Assembly (NCBI GenBank): GCA_964467735.1
Contig: CAYXSR010000003.1
Span: 1,078-65,077 of the forward strand
Origin: an uncultured Pseudomonadales bacterium
GTDB taxonomy: Bacteria > Patescibacteriota > Microgenomatia > UBA1400 > CAYXSR01
Direction: 5' to 3'
DNA: 64,000 nt
Shown here: one piece after another, positions 39,413 through 49,315 of the stretch
How positions within the stretch are numbered: position 1 is the first letter of the stretch
How the letters are laid out: every line of letters begins with the position of its first letter
Made by a program: the position numbers and the translations under genes
Notes under the pieces: generated by a model
Database searches by the model: none
What the model saw: the letters and a program-made list of their open reading frames with translations, nothing else
What the model was told of the DNA's origin: nothing

Positions 39413-41758
39413 TTATAATCTTGCCCGTTTATTTATTTCCGCTTCAATAATTTCTTTATCTTTACCGTATTTTAATCTAGAAAGTTGCTTAACCATTTGA
39501 GAAACTTTTGGGTTGCGAAGTTTTTCTATTGTCTCCATATTTTTTGTTAAATCCATGGAAAAAGGAGTCATTGGTTCGTTATTAACAATGGTTTTAATGA
39601 AAGTATGGTATTTTTCAACATTAATAAGGTCTGTTTCAGAAAAAGTCGGCTGAAATTCATGCTGAAGATAGTTTGCATCAGTAACTCCAACACGAAAAGC
39701 AACTAGAGTCCCCACATTTCCAAAAACCGCATTTTTAACTTCTTCCTCTATTTGACCGATAAATTGGTTAGCGACGCATAAATTTAGTCGGTATTTCCGA
39801 GCTTCTGATAGAATTTGAGCAAAGTCAGGTGTTGCAAAATTTTGAAACTCATCAACATATAAATAAAAATCTTTCCTTTCTTTTTCGGAAATATCTTGTC
39901 GACTCATAGCAGCAATTAAAATTCTGGGGACTAAAATTAAACCAAGAAAATTACTATTCTCTTCTCCAATTTTTCCTTTCGCCAAACTAATTAACAATAT
40001 TTTTCCCTCATCCATCACTTTTCGAAAATCAAAAGAAGATTTGCTCTGACCAATAATATTACGCATCATTTTATTGGTAACAAAGCGACCGAATTTAGAA
40101 ACAATATAGTCTAAAACTTCTGATTTATGAAAATCTGAAGTTTGAGCAATCTGATCAGTCCAGTAGCGTCTAACCATCGGATCTTTTACTTTTGGTAAAA
40201 GCTCTTGAACAAATTTAGGATCAGTTAAACAGCGAACTACCTCAATAAAAGTATTTCCTGGTTCACTCATGACTGTTAACATGGCATTACGAATCGCGTG
40301 TTCAAATCGAGGACCAATAATTCCAGTCTTATGAGGATCATAAAGTTTATACATCAAACCAATAATGGAGGTTACTACATAATGTTGCTGTTGTTCTGTT
40401 TCTGCCTCTAACATATTTAGCCCCATTGGTCTTTCGGTATCCGAAGGATCAAAGAAAATAACATCCTCTGCTCTTTCTGGAGGAATAAGTTCCATTATTT
40501 GCTCAACCGTATCATGAGGATCAATGAAGCACACTCCTTTTCCTGCTCGAATGTCTTGTAAAATCATATCTTTCATTAATTCTGATTTACCAACACCTGT
40601 TTTTCCAATAATATAAATATGTCGACGTCTGTCTTCGTCAGTAATACAAACTGGTCTAGTTATTCCTCGATAAACACTTTTTCCTAAAAAAAGCCCTGTT
40701 TTAGGTATCTGGGCGGGGGCGGGGGCCGTTTTTGCTGATAACCAATAAATATGAGGAGTTTCTACCGATTTATTAGGAAAGTGGTAGAGGGTAGCCAACT
40801 CATCAACTGACAAAATACTTCTTTGGTCAAAAATAGGTAAATAACGATAAATAAAATCAATCATAAAGAATTTTTTAAACCAAATCTTAGCTTTAGTAAA
40901 ACGATTTAAAGAAGAAGTAAATTGACTAAAGCTAGCAATTATATTATCTAGATGGTTTTTTGCTTGTTCTTTTGTTCCGGCTGAAACAACAATTCTAATT
41001 GTTGTTTCAAAGCCAACTCGGCTACATTTGTTTTCAATCATTTCTAACTGTTTTGGATCAACATTATATTTCGCCTGTTCTGGATTAGACTCGGATTTTT
41101 TAGTTTTAGAAATATAAGATCTGCCAGCGCTTTGCCAACCAGAGGCAGCCGGTGAAACAATAATTTGAATCCCTGCTCCCTCTCCCTCTTGCATCTTTGC
41201 TAAAGCTGAAGTTATTCCTGATAAAGCGTCTGTTGGTAAGTCTTTATATTGTTTTATCGGATAATAAGAACTACTTTTAAGAACTAAACTAGTGAAAACA
41301 ACCTTTCCTTCTTTTGAGAAGATATTATATTCATCCACTTCTTTCACTTCTGCCCCAGGATAAGCACCGTGAATTTGTTTTTCAACTAAATCACGAAGAC
41401 TATTAGGAACAGAAGCATAAAACCGAATATCTTCTTTTTCGGCTACTATTTCAAAAGAAAGATGGCTTTGAGCTTTAAAACGGGACCAAAAGCCACCCTT
41501 TTTTATTGAATACAAAGAAGCAAACATTTGTTCGGCCGCATCAATCTTTGTTTCATTATCTCTTGGAAGAGCAATTTGAAGTAGAACAGAATCCAAAGAT
41601 TCTTCCTCACGATCCCGGAATTTCAACCATAAAATTAGAATGTAAACAACACCAATTATTCCTAAAACTATTAATCCAGCAATTAAAAATAAAATTATAA
41701 AATAACCCAAGAAACCGATCGCCTGATCTATAATATCCATTCTACTTATCTCCTTCAC
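39413..41758 (-). CDS. TrwB/VirD4/TraD-like (type IV coupling protein family) membrane-anchored P-loop ATPase, copy 1
   Basis: N-terminal TM helix, Walker A 'IIGKTGVGKSE', 'CFIDPHDT' (compare TrwB 'VDPNGD'), Walker B 'LYVDEFQNF'; 781 aa. Confidence 0.6.
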   Translation of the reverse strand: MKEISRMDIIDQAIGFLGYFIILFLIAGLIVLGIIGVVYILILWLKFRDREEESLDSVLLQIALPRDNETKIDAAEQMFASLYSIKKGGFWSRFKAQSHLSFEIVAEKEDIRFYASVPNSLRDLVEKQIHGAYPGAEVKEVDEYNIFSKEGKVVFTSLVLKSSSYYPIKQYKDLPTDALSGITSALAKMQEGEGAGIQIIVSPAASGWQSAGRSYISKTKKSESNPEQAKYNVDPKQLEMIENKCSRVGFETTIRIVVSAGTKEQAKNHLDNIIASFSQFTSSLNRFTKAKIWFKKFFMIDFIYRYLPIFDQRSILSVDELATLYHFPNKSVETPHIYWLSAKTAPAPAQIPKTGLFLGKSVYRGITRPVCITDEDRRRHIYIIGKTGVGKSELMKDMILQDIRAGKGVCFIDPHDTVEQIMELIPPERAEDVIFFDPSDTERPMGLNMLEAETEQQQHYVVTSIIGLMYKLYDPHKTGIIGPRFEHAIRNAMLTVMSEPGNTFIEVVRCLTDPKFVQELLPKVKDPMVRRYWTDQIAQTSDFHKSEVLDYIVSKFGRFVTNKMMRNIIGQSKSSFDFRKVMDEGKILLISLAKGKIGEENSNFLGLILVPRILIAAMSRQDISEKERKDFYLYVDEFQNFATPDFAQILSEARKYRLNLCVANQFIGQIEEEVKNAVFGNVGTLVAFRVGVTDANYLQHEFQPTFSETDLINVEKYHTFIKTIVNNEPMTPFSMDLTKNMETIEKLRNPKVSQMVKQLSRLKYGKDKEIIEAEINKRARL

Positions 41759-42308
41759 TTATAGTTGGTGATTGACTATAAACAAGTCTATCAGGAATCA
41801 TTTTTATTAATCGTAGGCACCACTCCGCCATCCAACGAATTGAATCAGCTATTTTATGTTGTAATCCTATTTTCACTCCCTTATCATCTAATGGTAAATT
41901 AAATTGTGGTTTTGTAATTTTGGCTGCTTCCATTAAAATTTGACCAAAATCATCTTTGATTGGTCCAGGAAAAGAGATTTCTTCTCCCTCTTCAATTTGT
42001 TGCATCCAATCTTTTGCCTCAGGTGGAATTTCAAATTCCTTCTTTCCTGAAACTTCTGGCTGTACTTCTTGGAAAGCCGGTCCTCCAAAAGCTTCTTTTT
42101 GTTCCTTTCCAATTCCAGAAGATACTTCCTCTCCAACCTTTGATAACTGTCTGTTGATGTTAGTTGGCGACTCTGGTTGAGTTACTACACCTACTGGAGT
42201 TTGTTTACCAACAAAATTAGGATCTTGTATATTACTATTTGGAGAACCACTCATTAAATTGTCATTAGACAATAGACTAGCGTCACTCATATTTTTATGA
42301 TAACACAA
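41742..42308 (-). CDS. hypothetical protein, upstream partner of ATPase copy 1
   Basis: 188 aa, Ser/Pro/Glu-rich, overlaps the ATPase start by 17 bp. Confidence 0.35.
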   Translation of the reverse strand: MCYHKNMSDASLLSNDNLMSGSPNSNIQDPNFVGKQTPVGVVTQPESPTNINRQLSKVGEEVSSGIGKEQKEAFGGPAFQEVQPEVSGKKEFEIPPEAKDWMQQIEEGEEISFPGPIKDDFGQILMEAAKITKPQFNLPLDDKGVKIGLQHKIADSIRWMAEWCLRLIKMIPDRLVYSQSPTISEGDK

Positions 42309-42344
42309 GCTATCTAAATTATTAAGAAGAATTAAGTCTTAAAA

Positions 42345-43757
42345 TCAAACTTCTAAGACACGCAACATATTTGTTCTTCCCGGAGTTCCCCAATCAGTTC
42401 CACAAATCAAAATTAACTTTTCTCCCTTTTTAACTAGCCCTTTTTTATCTAAAAAAGTTATCATTTTCTTTATTTGCTGTTCACTTAATTTCTTATAATC
42501 AAAAAGGTATGGTCTAATTCCCCAAACCAAATGTAGTTTATCTCTTGTTGATTGTTTATGGGTAAAAACGTAGATTGGCATTTTAGGACGAAAGCGAGAT
42601 AACATTTTGGCTGTATAACCACTTTCTGTAAGAACTACAAAACCCTTTATTCCGTTAAGGTTCTTCTCTAATTCACAAGCTGCCTCAGCAATGGCGGCAG
42701 TTTGATCTGGAAAAGTAAATTCATTATCACAACCACAACTACAAAGAGTTCTATTGTCTTCCAAGAAAAAAGCTGAACGGGTCATCCATTTAACTGCCTC
42801 AATAGGATGCTTACCATTAGCTGTTTCTCCAGACAACATTAATACGTCAGTCTTATCTAAAATTGCATTACCAACATCAGAGATTTCTGCCCTTGTCGGC
42901 ATAGGATTTTTTATCATACTCTCCAGCATATGGGTAGCAGTTATTACTGGCTTTCCAACACTTAAACACTTTTTAATTATTGTTTTTTGCCAAAAAGGAA
43001 TTTGTTCCATCGGTGTTTCTATTCCTAAATCTCCCCTTGCTACCATTATTCCTTCAGAAGTATCAATAATTTCATCAATATTTTCTAAGGATTGCTGTGT
43101 TTCAATTTTAGCAATCACGTCAGCATTCATTTTTCTCTTTTTAAGTTCAGCTTTAAGATCTAAAATATCTTTTTTATCGCGAACAAAAGATAAAGCAACA
43201 TAATCAATATCTAGCTTATTTCCTAAACTTAAACAATCAAAGTCTCTTTCTGCCAATGATTTTATTCCTAAGTTCACTCCTGGAAGGTTGACACTTTTCC
43301 TTCCCCCTAATGAACCCCCATCAATAACTCGAAGCTTAACTTTTTTATCAGATTTATTTAAAACTTTAAACTTTAACCGACCATCATCAATAAACAAATC
43401 ATCTCCTTCTTTTACATCTCTTATCACCTCCGCTTTATCAATTAATATATCTGTCTTGCCTTGAGCTTTTTTTTGAACGCCCATTGTTACTGTCTCACCA
43501 GTTCTAAATAAATCTTTTGTGCCTACTGCTCTAATTTCTGGACCCTGTAAATCCATCAAAATACAAATACTCATACCTTCCTGTTCAGCAATTTTTCTTA
43601 ACAGCTTCATTTTCTCTTCATGCCAAACCGTATCACTATGTTTCATATTAAATCGGAAAGCTCTGACGCCTAATTGAAGTAATTTTTTTATTTTAACAGG
43701 AGAATCGCATGAGGGTCCAAAAGTAACTAAAATGTTGGTCTTTGGTCTAGTAATCAT
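42345..43757 (-). CDS. pyk: pyruvate kinase
   Basis: '…DLQGPEIR…', 'IMVARGDLGIE' and the K+/Mg2+ site pattern; 470 aa. Confidence 0.85.
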   Translation of the reverse strand: MITRPKTNILVTFGPSCDSPVKIKKLLQLGVRAFRFNMKHSDTVWHEEKMKLLRKIAEQEGMSICILMDLQGPEIRAVGTKDLFRTGETVTMGVQKKAQGKTDILIDKAEVIRDVKEGDDLFIDDGRLKFKVLNKSDKKVKLRVIDGGSLGGRKSVNLPGVNLGIKSLAERDFDCLSLGNKLDIDYVALSFVRDKKDILDLKAELKKRKMNADVIAKIETQQSLENIDEIIDTSEGIMVARGDLGIETPMEQIPFWQKTIIKKCLSVGKPVITATHMLESMIKNPMPTRAEISDVGNAILDKTDVLMLSGETANGKHPIEAVKWMTRSAFFLEDNRTLCSCGCDNEFTFPDQTAAIAEAACELEKNLNGIKGFVVLTESGYTAKMLSRFRPKMPIYVFTHKQSTRDKLHLVWGIRPYLFDYKKLSEQQIKKMITFLDKKGLVKKGEKLILICGTDWGTPGRTNMLRVLEV

Positions 43758-43839
43758 TTTTTTATATATTTATTATATAAATCTTACTTCTTCATTATAG
43801 CTCAAAAATAAATGAAGTCAATTCATAATCCATATGAAT

Positions 43840-44454
43840 TTATTCGAGTAATTTTGGTTTATTTTTAATCTTTATCCCCATTTTTTTTAAACTCTTTGCG
43901 ATCCTAATTAATGGTAATCCTAAGATATTTGAATAATCTCCTTCAAATTTTTCAACAAAAACACATCTTTCATCTTGAATTCCATAAGCTCCTGCTCTAT
44001 CAAGATAGGTACCAGTATCTAAGTAATCATTCATTTGTTTGTTAGTAAAGTTTTTAAAAAAAACTCTACTTTCTTCAAAAAAGTTTTCTTGAATTCCTTT
44101 TTGGTTAATCAGAACTATTCCGGTTAAAATTTTGTGCATTCTATTTTTTAATGAAGAAAGCATTCTTTCTGATTCCTTCCTATTCTCTGGTTTGCCTAAA
44201 ATTTGGAGACTTCTTTTGTTTTTAAAAACAACAATTGTATCCGCACTAATAATTAAAAACTTTTTTTCTTTAATTTTTTTCCTAATTTTCAATCCTTTTG
44301 CTAAAGCTATCTTTTGGGCGATTTCTTCTGGTCTTTTTGACAATCTAAAAAATTTACTTTCATCGATTTCACTCGGTAATATATCAAAAGAAATTCCCAA
44401 AGAGCTTAAAAGCTCTTTCCTTCGTTGAGAAGCTGAAGCAAGAATAATCTTCAC
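43840..44454 (-). CDS. maf: Maf-like nucleoside-triphosphate pyrophosphatase
   Basis: 'MKIILASASQRRKELL…' Maf N-terminus and a 'GAYGIQ' C-terminal motif. Confidence 0.85.
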   Translation of the reverse strand: MKIILASASQRRKELLSSLGISFDILPSEIDESKFFRLSKRPEEIAQKIALAKGLKIRKKIKEKKFLIISADTIVVFKNKRSLQILGKPENRKESERMLSSLKNRMHKILTGIVLINQKGIQENFFEESRVFFKNFTNKQMNDYLDTGTYLDRAGAYGIQDERCVFVEKFEGDYSNILGLPLIRIAKSLKKMGIKIKNKPKLLE

Positions 44455-44477
44455 TAACCAACTCCAACTCTTTAAAC

Positions 44478-44885
44478 TTATTTTGCTTGAATAACCACTG
44501 TCTTTGCTATCTTATCATGCCAGCCTTGCTTCCTCTCATCCCAAATGATCCATAAAAATCCCAAACCCAAAACCGCACTAGAAATCATATAGCCAATATA
44601 TCTTAAAAATGCCTCTGGGTAACCTACTGGCTTCTGATTTTCTTTGACTACTTTTATCCCTACTAACCTTTTACCTATTGTTTGACCATTCCAATTTACC
44701 AAAAGTAAAATTGAATATAAGGCTCCTATTAGAATATTAAAGGTCCTATTAAAAAATAAAGGCCTTGTTCTGCCAAATATCCTACTAATAAAAATTATCA
44801 CTAAACCATCAACAATAGTAGCCAACAATCTAATACCAAAACCAGCATATTCTATTTTCTTTTTAGTTTTTTTCATTAGTATCAC
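44478..44885 (-). CDS. RDD family membrane protein
   Basis: The R…D…D pattern ('RLLATIVDGL…', '…WHDKIAKTVV') with 2-3 TM helices. Confidence 0.65.
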   Translation of the reverse strand: MILMKKTKKKIEYAGFGIRLLATIVDGLVIIFISRIFGRTRPLFFNRTFNILIGALYSILLLVNWNGQTIGKRLVGIKVVKENQKPVGYPEAFLRYIGYMISSAVLGLGFLWIIWDERKQGWHDKIAKTVVIQAK

Positions 44886-44920
44886 CCCCTTTATTTCTAT
44901 TGAACACTATTTTATCTAGA

Positions 44921-45661
44921 TTAATCAATACCTCTAATTTTTGTTCTCGGTAAAAAAATTTTCACTGCCTTTAATATTTCTTTAATCTGAATTTCAGAAA
45001 AAGGCTCCAGCTTTAAAAATTTTTTATTTAAACAGTTTTGGGGTTGAAATTGCTGAAGAAAATAATTAATCTTCTCAATTGGATAATTAGATTCGAGGCT
45101 AAGATCAGCTAATTGTTTGGCTAATTTCATTAAAATTTTTTTATTATGGATACCTGGAACAACGGTTGTTCTTAGCTCATATGGTAAACCAGATTGCCAA
45201 ATGATTTTTAAAGTTTTTTTAATCTTATTGATCGAAAAATTAGTTCCTGTTGCTTGTTGGTAATTATCAAAAGGTCTCTTAATATCCATCGCTATAAAAT
45301 CAATTAGTTTTTTATCGATTAATTTGCTGACTATTTCTGGGTTGGTTCCATTTGTATCTAATTTAACTTCCAAATCTAACAATTTAATTTTTTGACAAAA
45401 ATTAATTAAATCTTTCTGAAGGGTTGGTTCGCCGCCAGTAATACAAACACCGTCTAAAATCTTTTTTCTTTTTTTTAAAAATAAAAAAAATTCACTTTCT
45501 TTTAAGAATGAAAGTTTGCTTTTTTCAAAAAGTTCTTTACTAACAAGATCTTTATTATGACAAAATGGACAACGTAAATTACAGCCGACTGTAAAAACTG
45601 TACAAGCTAATCGACCAGGAAAATCAATAACCGTCGTTTTCTGTAAACCCCCAATAAGCAT
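44921..45661 (-). CDS. nrdG: anaerobic ribonucleoside-triphosphate reductase activating protein (radical SAM)
   Basis: 'CNLRCPFCHN' cluster, 'GGEPTLQ', about 246 aa; immediately downstream of nrdD. Confidence 0.85.
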   Translation of the reverse strand: MLIGGLQKTTVIDFPGRLACTVFTVGCNLRCPFCHNKDLVSKELFEKSKLSFLKESEFFLFLKKRKKILDGVCITGGEPTLQKDLINFCQKIKLLDLEVKLDTNGTNPEIVSKLIDKKLIDFIAMDIKRPFDNYQQATGTNFSINKIKKTLKIIWQSGLPYELRTTVVPGIHNKKILMKLAKQLADLSLESNYPIEKINYFLQQFQPQNCLNKKFLKLEPFSEIQIKEILKAVKIFLPRTKIRGID

Positions 45662-45837
45662 TAATCTTAAAACCTATCAATTGGATAAATTTATCCTATA
45701 AAGTTTACGTTTATAAAATTCCGCTTCTTTTCCTGGATTCCATTGAGAGACTGGTCTTAAATAACCAACAATCCGCGAATAAACTTCGCATCTTGTTCTT
45801 TTTTCAGAATTGTTACTGTTCATCTTCCCTCCTTTTT

Positions 45838-47883
45838 TTAACTTTTTTTATAGCCTATTTCTTGATCACATTTAGGACAATATTTCCATTTGCCTTTTAA
45901 ATATCCATGAATTGGACAAATTGAGAATGTTGGGGTTAAAGAAAAATATGGCAAATGATAGTTTTCCGCAATCTTTTTTACCAATTTTTTGACAACTTTT
46001 ATATTAGGAGGACTTTCACCAATAAACCCATGGAGAACAGTTCCTCCTGTATATTTACATTGCAAGTCATCTTGATGATCAAAGGCTTCAAAAATATCAT
46101 CCGTATAATCAACCGGTAAATGAGTTGAATTAGTATAAAACGGGGCTATGTTTTTGTTTTGTACATCCTTGTTATTGGCACAAATAATCTTACCATTAAA
46201 TTGTTCTTTATCGAGTTTGGCAAAACGATAAGAAGTCCCTTCTGCTGGTGTAGCTTCTAAATTAAACATTTCTCCGCTTTCCTTTTGGTATTCTAAAAGT
46301 TTTTTTCTCATAAAATTCATTATTTCTAAAGCAAAGGCTTTTGCTTTTGGATCAGAAATTGACCTACCCATGAAGTTGATTAAACATTCATTCATTCCGT
46401 TTATTCCGATTGTATTAAAATGATTCCGCCAATATTCGCCGGTTCGTTTTTTAATATCAGATAAATAATAGCGACAATATGGATAGAGACCTTTTTCAGT
46501 AAATTCTTCTACCATTTTTCTTTTAATCATTAATGATTCTTTTGCTAACTTCATTAATTTTTGCAATCTAGAAAAAAAATCTTTTTTTGTCTTAGATAAA
46601 AACCCAATCCTTGGAAGATTAATTGTAACTACCCCAATGGAACCGGTTAAGGGATTAGCAGCAAACAACCCTCCCCTTTTGCGCAAAACTCTATTATCTA
46701 ATCGCAAACGACAACACATGCTTCGGGCATCCTCTGGTTTCATGTCAGAATTTATAAAGTTTGAAAAATAAGGAATTCCATATTTCCTGGTCATTTCCCA
46801 AACTGGCTCCAAAACTGGATTATCCCAATTAAAATCTTTTGTAATGGAGTAAGTGGGAATGGGGAAAGTAAATACTCTACCTTGAGCATCACCCTCCATC
46901 ATTACTTCGGCAAAAACCTGATTAAAAAGATCAACTTCTTTTTGAAAATCTCCATATTTTTCTTTTTTTAGCTTTCCGCCGATAATTACATTCTCTTTGG
47001 CAACAATGTCTGGAATAACTAAATCTAAAGAAACATTGGTAAAAGGAGTCTGAAAACCAACTCTGGTCGGCACATTCATATTAAAAATAAATTCCTGCAT
47101 TGCTTGCTTCACTTCTTTACGAGAAAGTTTGTCAAAGGCAATAAAAGGAGCCAGATAACTATCAAAATTGGCCACAGCAATTGCTCCGGCTACTTCGCCT
47201 TGGAGGGTATAAAAGAAATTAACTAATTGACCTAAGGCTGTCCGAAAATGTTTAGGTGGCTTTGAATGAACTTTCCCTGAAACACCGCCAAAACCTCGCA
47301 TTAATAAATCTTTTAAATCCCAACCAGTACAATAAGCAGAAATTAAAGCTAAATCATGAATATGTAACGCTCCACTAGTGTGAGCTTTACGAATATTTCG
47401 AAGATAAATTTTATTAAGCCAAAAACTGGAGGAAATAATTGAAGCGACATGATTATTTAATCCTTGAAGAGAATAAGTCATGTTAGCATTTTCTTTAACT
47501 AGCCAGTCCGCTTTTTTGAGGTATTGATCTATCAACTCATTAGAATCAACCAAACTAGAAATATCACGTAGTTTACTATGGAGGTCACGATAAAGAGTAA
47601 ACGCTTTATAAGTTCGGCCATGACCTCTTTTTAATAAAGTTTTCTCAACAATATCCTGAACTTGTTCCACTTCTGGAACTAAAGTAGCATTAAATCTTTT
47701 TTCTAATTCTTTTATAACAAGAGTTGCCAAAAAATGCGCTCTTGCTCTATCTTCTCCTCCAGCAGCCTTAGCGGCTTGCCAAATTGTTCTTTCAATTTTT
47801 GCCGGTCGAAAAGCAACAATTCTACCACTTCGTTTTTTAATTTTTTTAATAATAGAATAAATTTTATTTTTTTTTATTTCCAT
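45838..47883 (-). CDS. nrdD: class III (anaerobic) ribonucleotide reductase catalytic subunit
   Basis: N-terminal ATP-cone, a large NrdD body, and a C-terminal Cys4 Zn ribbon flanking the glycyl-radical loop '…CPIHGYL…CPKC'. Confidence 0.9.
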   Translation of the reverse strand: MEIKKNKIYSIIKKIKKRSGRIVAFRPAKIERTIWQAAKAAGGEDRARAHFLATLVIKELEKRFNATLVPEVEQVQDIVEKTLLKRGHGRTYKAFTLYRDLHSKLRDISSLVDSNELIDQYLKKADWLVKENANMTYSLQGLNNHVASIISSSFWLNKIYLRNIRKAHTSGALHIHDLALISAYCTGWDLKDLLMRGFGGVSGKVHSKPPKHFRTALGQLVNFFYTLQGEVAGAIAVANFDSYLAPFIAFDKLSRKEVKQAMQEFIFNMNVPTRVGFQTPFTNVSLDLVIPDIVAKENVIIGGKLKKEKYGDFQKEVDLFNQVFAEVMMEGDAQGRVFTFPIPTYSITKDFNWDNPVLEPVWEMTRKYGIPYFSNFINSDMKPEDARSMCCRLRLDNRVLRKRGGLFAANPLTGSIGVVTINLPRIGFLSKTKKDFFSRLQKLMKLAKESLMIKRKMVEEFTEKGLYPYCRYYLSDIKKRTGEYWRNHFNTIGINGMNECLINFMGRSISDPKAKAFALEIMNFMRKKLLEYQKESGEMFNLEATPAEGTSYRFAKLDKEQFNGKIICANNKDVQNKNIAPFYTNSTHLPVDYTDDIFEAFDHQDDLQCKYTGGTVLHGFIGESPPNIKVVKKLVKKIAENYHLPYFSLTPTFSICPIHGYLKGKWKYCPKCDQEIGYKKS

Positions 47884-47886
47884 TTT

Positions 47887-48333
47887 TTAACAAAGCTCTC
47901 TTATTTGTTCCTTAAATTCATCAATGTTTTTAAAATCTAAAAAAACGGAAGCAAATCTTAAATAAGCAATCTTATCAACTTTTTTTAATCTGGTTAAAAC
48001 CATTCTGCCAATGTCACTTGAGGATACTTCTGTTGATTTTCTATTTAAAAGTCTTAACTCTATATCATCGATAATTCTTTCTATTTCTTCCCCGTCAATA
48101 TTTCTTTTCTCACATGCCTTTTGAATTCCTTGTTTAATTTTTTCTCGATCAAAATCTTCTTTTTCGCCGTCTTTTTTCACTACTTTTAAATCAATTATTT
48201 CCACTCTTTCATAAGTAGTAAATCTTTTCCCACAACTTTGACATTCTCGTCGGCGGCGAGTAACTTCACCATCTTCGCTTTCGCGTGATTCTAAAACTGA
48301 AGTATCATTACCTTTACAATAAGGACAAAGCAT
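47887..48333 (-). CDS. nrdR: transcriptional repressor NrdR
   Basis: 'MLCPYCKG…SVLESRE…RRRRECQSCGKRFTTYE' Zn ribbon plus ATP-cone; the start is taken at the internal Met. Confidence 0.9.
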   Translation of the reverse strand: MLCPYCKGNDTSVLESRESEDGEVTRRRRECQSCGKRFTTYERVEIIDLKVVKKDGEKEDFDREKIKQGIQKACEKRNIDGEEIERIIDDIELRLLNRKSTEVSSSDIGRMVLTRLKKVDKIAYLRFASVFLDFKNIDEFKEQIRELC

Positions 48334-48370
48334 TAAACGACCTTTTTTAAAAATTTTATTTTTCTTCTTT

Positions 48371-48386
48371 ACACTATTCCTAGTGT
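48371..48386 (-). promoter_or_regulatory. NrdR box (16-bp palindrome ACACTATTCCTAGTGT) upstream of nrdR-nrdD-nrdG
   Basis: The perfect ACACTA/TAGTGT arms match the NrdR-box consensus acaCwAtATaTwGtgt; it sits about 38-53 nt upstream of the nrdR start. Confidence 0.6.
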
Positions 48387-48649
48387 ACAAAAAGAATGTA
48401 ATCCCCTAATCCTAGCTTGTCAACTAGAAATTAATACATCAAAAAATATCAATCAAAATTTACTGGCGAAAAATTTTTTTGGCGTTTAGTTTATTTAAAA
48501 AAGTGGCTTTAAAATATAAAATTAAATTGAAATTAAAATGTTGAAAAATTTAAATAATAAGCTCTTGGATATAATTTACTCTTAACGTATATTTTCAGTT
48601 GAATAATCAATCTTATTTTAATTATTAATTCTAATAAAAGACTTCTTTA

Positions 48650-48684
48650 AAACAGCAAAGTTAGAGTGTTCATACTCTAACTTT
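48650..48684 (-). terminator. rho-independent terminator downstream of the 48710-49315 gene
   Basis: 11-bp perfect stem AAAGTTAGAGT / ACTCTAACTTT with a 6-nt loop, followed by a U-rich stretch on the minus strand. Confidence 0.5.
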
Positions 48685-48709
48685 GTTTTACAGAAACTTA
48701 AACTAATTT

Positions 48710-49315
48710 TTATTTCAACAAATTCCTTAAATCCATAAGTTTGCTAATCATTTGATTAAATACCTCTTCTGATCCTTCTGCCTTCGTTACTATCTCCTTT
48801 AAAACCTCTTCATGTTTATCAATTGCTTTAGACAAACGATTTTTAAACTCATCATCTTTTGTTTTCTCCCATTCTAAAACTGCTTTCTCAAGATATTTTT
48901 CTCCTTTTGTTACTGTAGTCACCCCAAGCTGAACTTTATTTTTTTCAATTAAGCTTTTCCCAGCGCCTAATCTCTTATCAGCATACAAAAGTAATTTCTC
49001 TGTTTTCTGAGAAGAGGTAGACAAGGTCAATAATAATCTGTCCCTTATCATCTTAAGCCAATAAAAAGGATTATCAGGTAAAATACCAGGATAAGCTAAA
49101 AAATAGTCATTTTTCTCTTCTTTAACAGTCTCTCCCACCTCCCCTTCGTCACTTACTAAATCTTCTTGGGGATTGAGTATTGGTTCTAATGATGGTTCAC
49201 TCACCTCTGCTCTCACGGGTCGAGAACAGGTTTTTAAAACAGAAATTATCATAACTGCTATTCCCAAAGCTAAAGCAGTTACCGATAAAAGAAAAAATTT
49301 CAATTTAACTTTCAT
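48710..49315 (-). CDS. hypothetical secreted/anchored protein, downstream partner of ATPase copy 2
   Basis: N-terminal signal/TM 'KFFLLSVTALALGIAVMIISVL', then a charged helical body; overlaps the ATPase stop by 11 bp. Confidence 0.4.
   Translation of the reverse strand: MKVKLKFFLLSVTALALGIAVMIISVLKTCSRPVRAEVSEPSLEPILNPQEDLVSDEGEVGETVKEEKNDYFLAYPGILPDNPFYWLKMIRDRLLLTLSTSSQKTEKLLLYADKRLGAGKSLIEKNKVQLGVTTVTKGEKYLEKAVLEWEKTKDDEFKNRLSKAIDKHEEVLKEIVTKAEGSEEVFNQMISKLMDLRNLLK

Noticed and set aside
42754-43203. 149-aa plus-strand ORF
   Set aside because: Antisense to pyruvate kinase.
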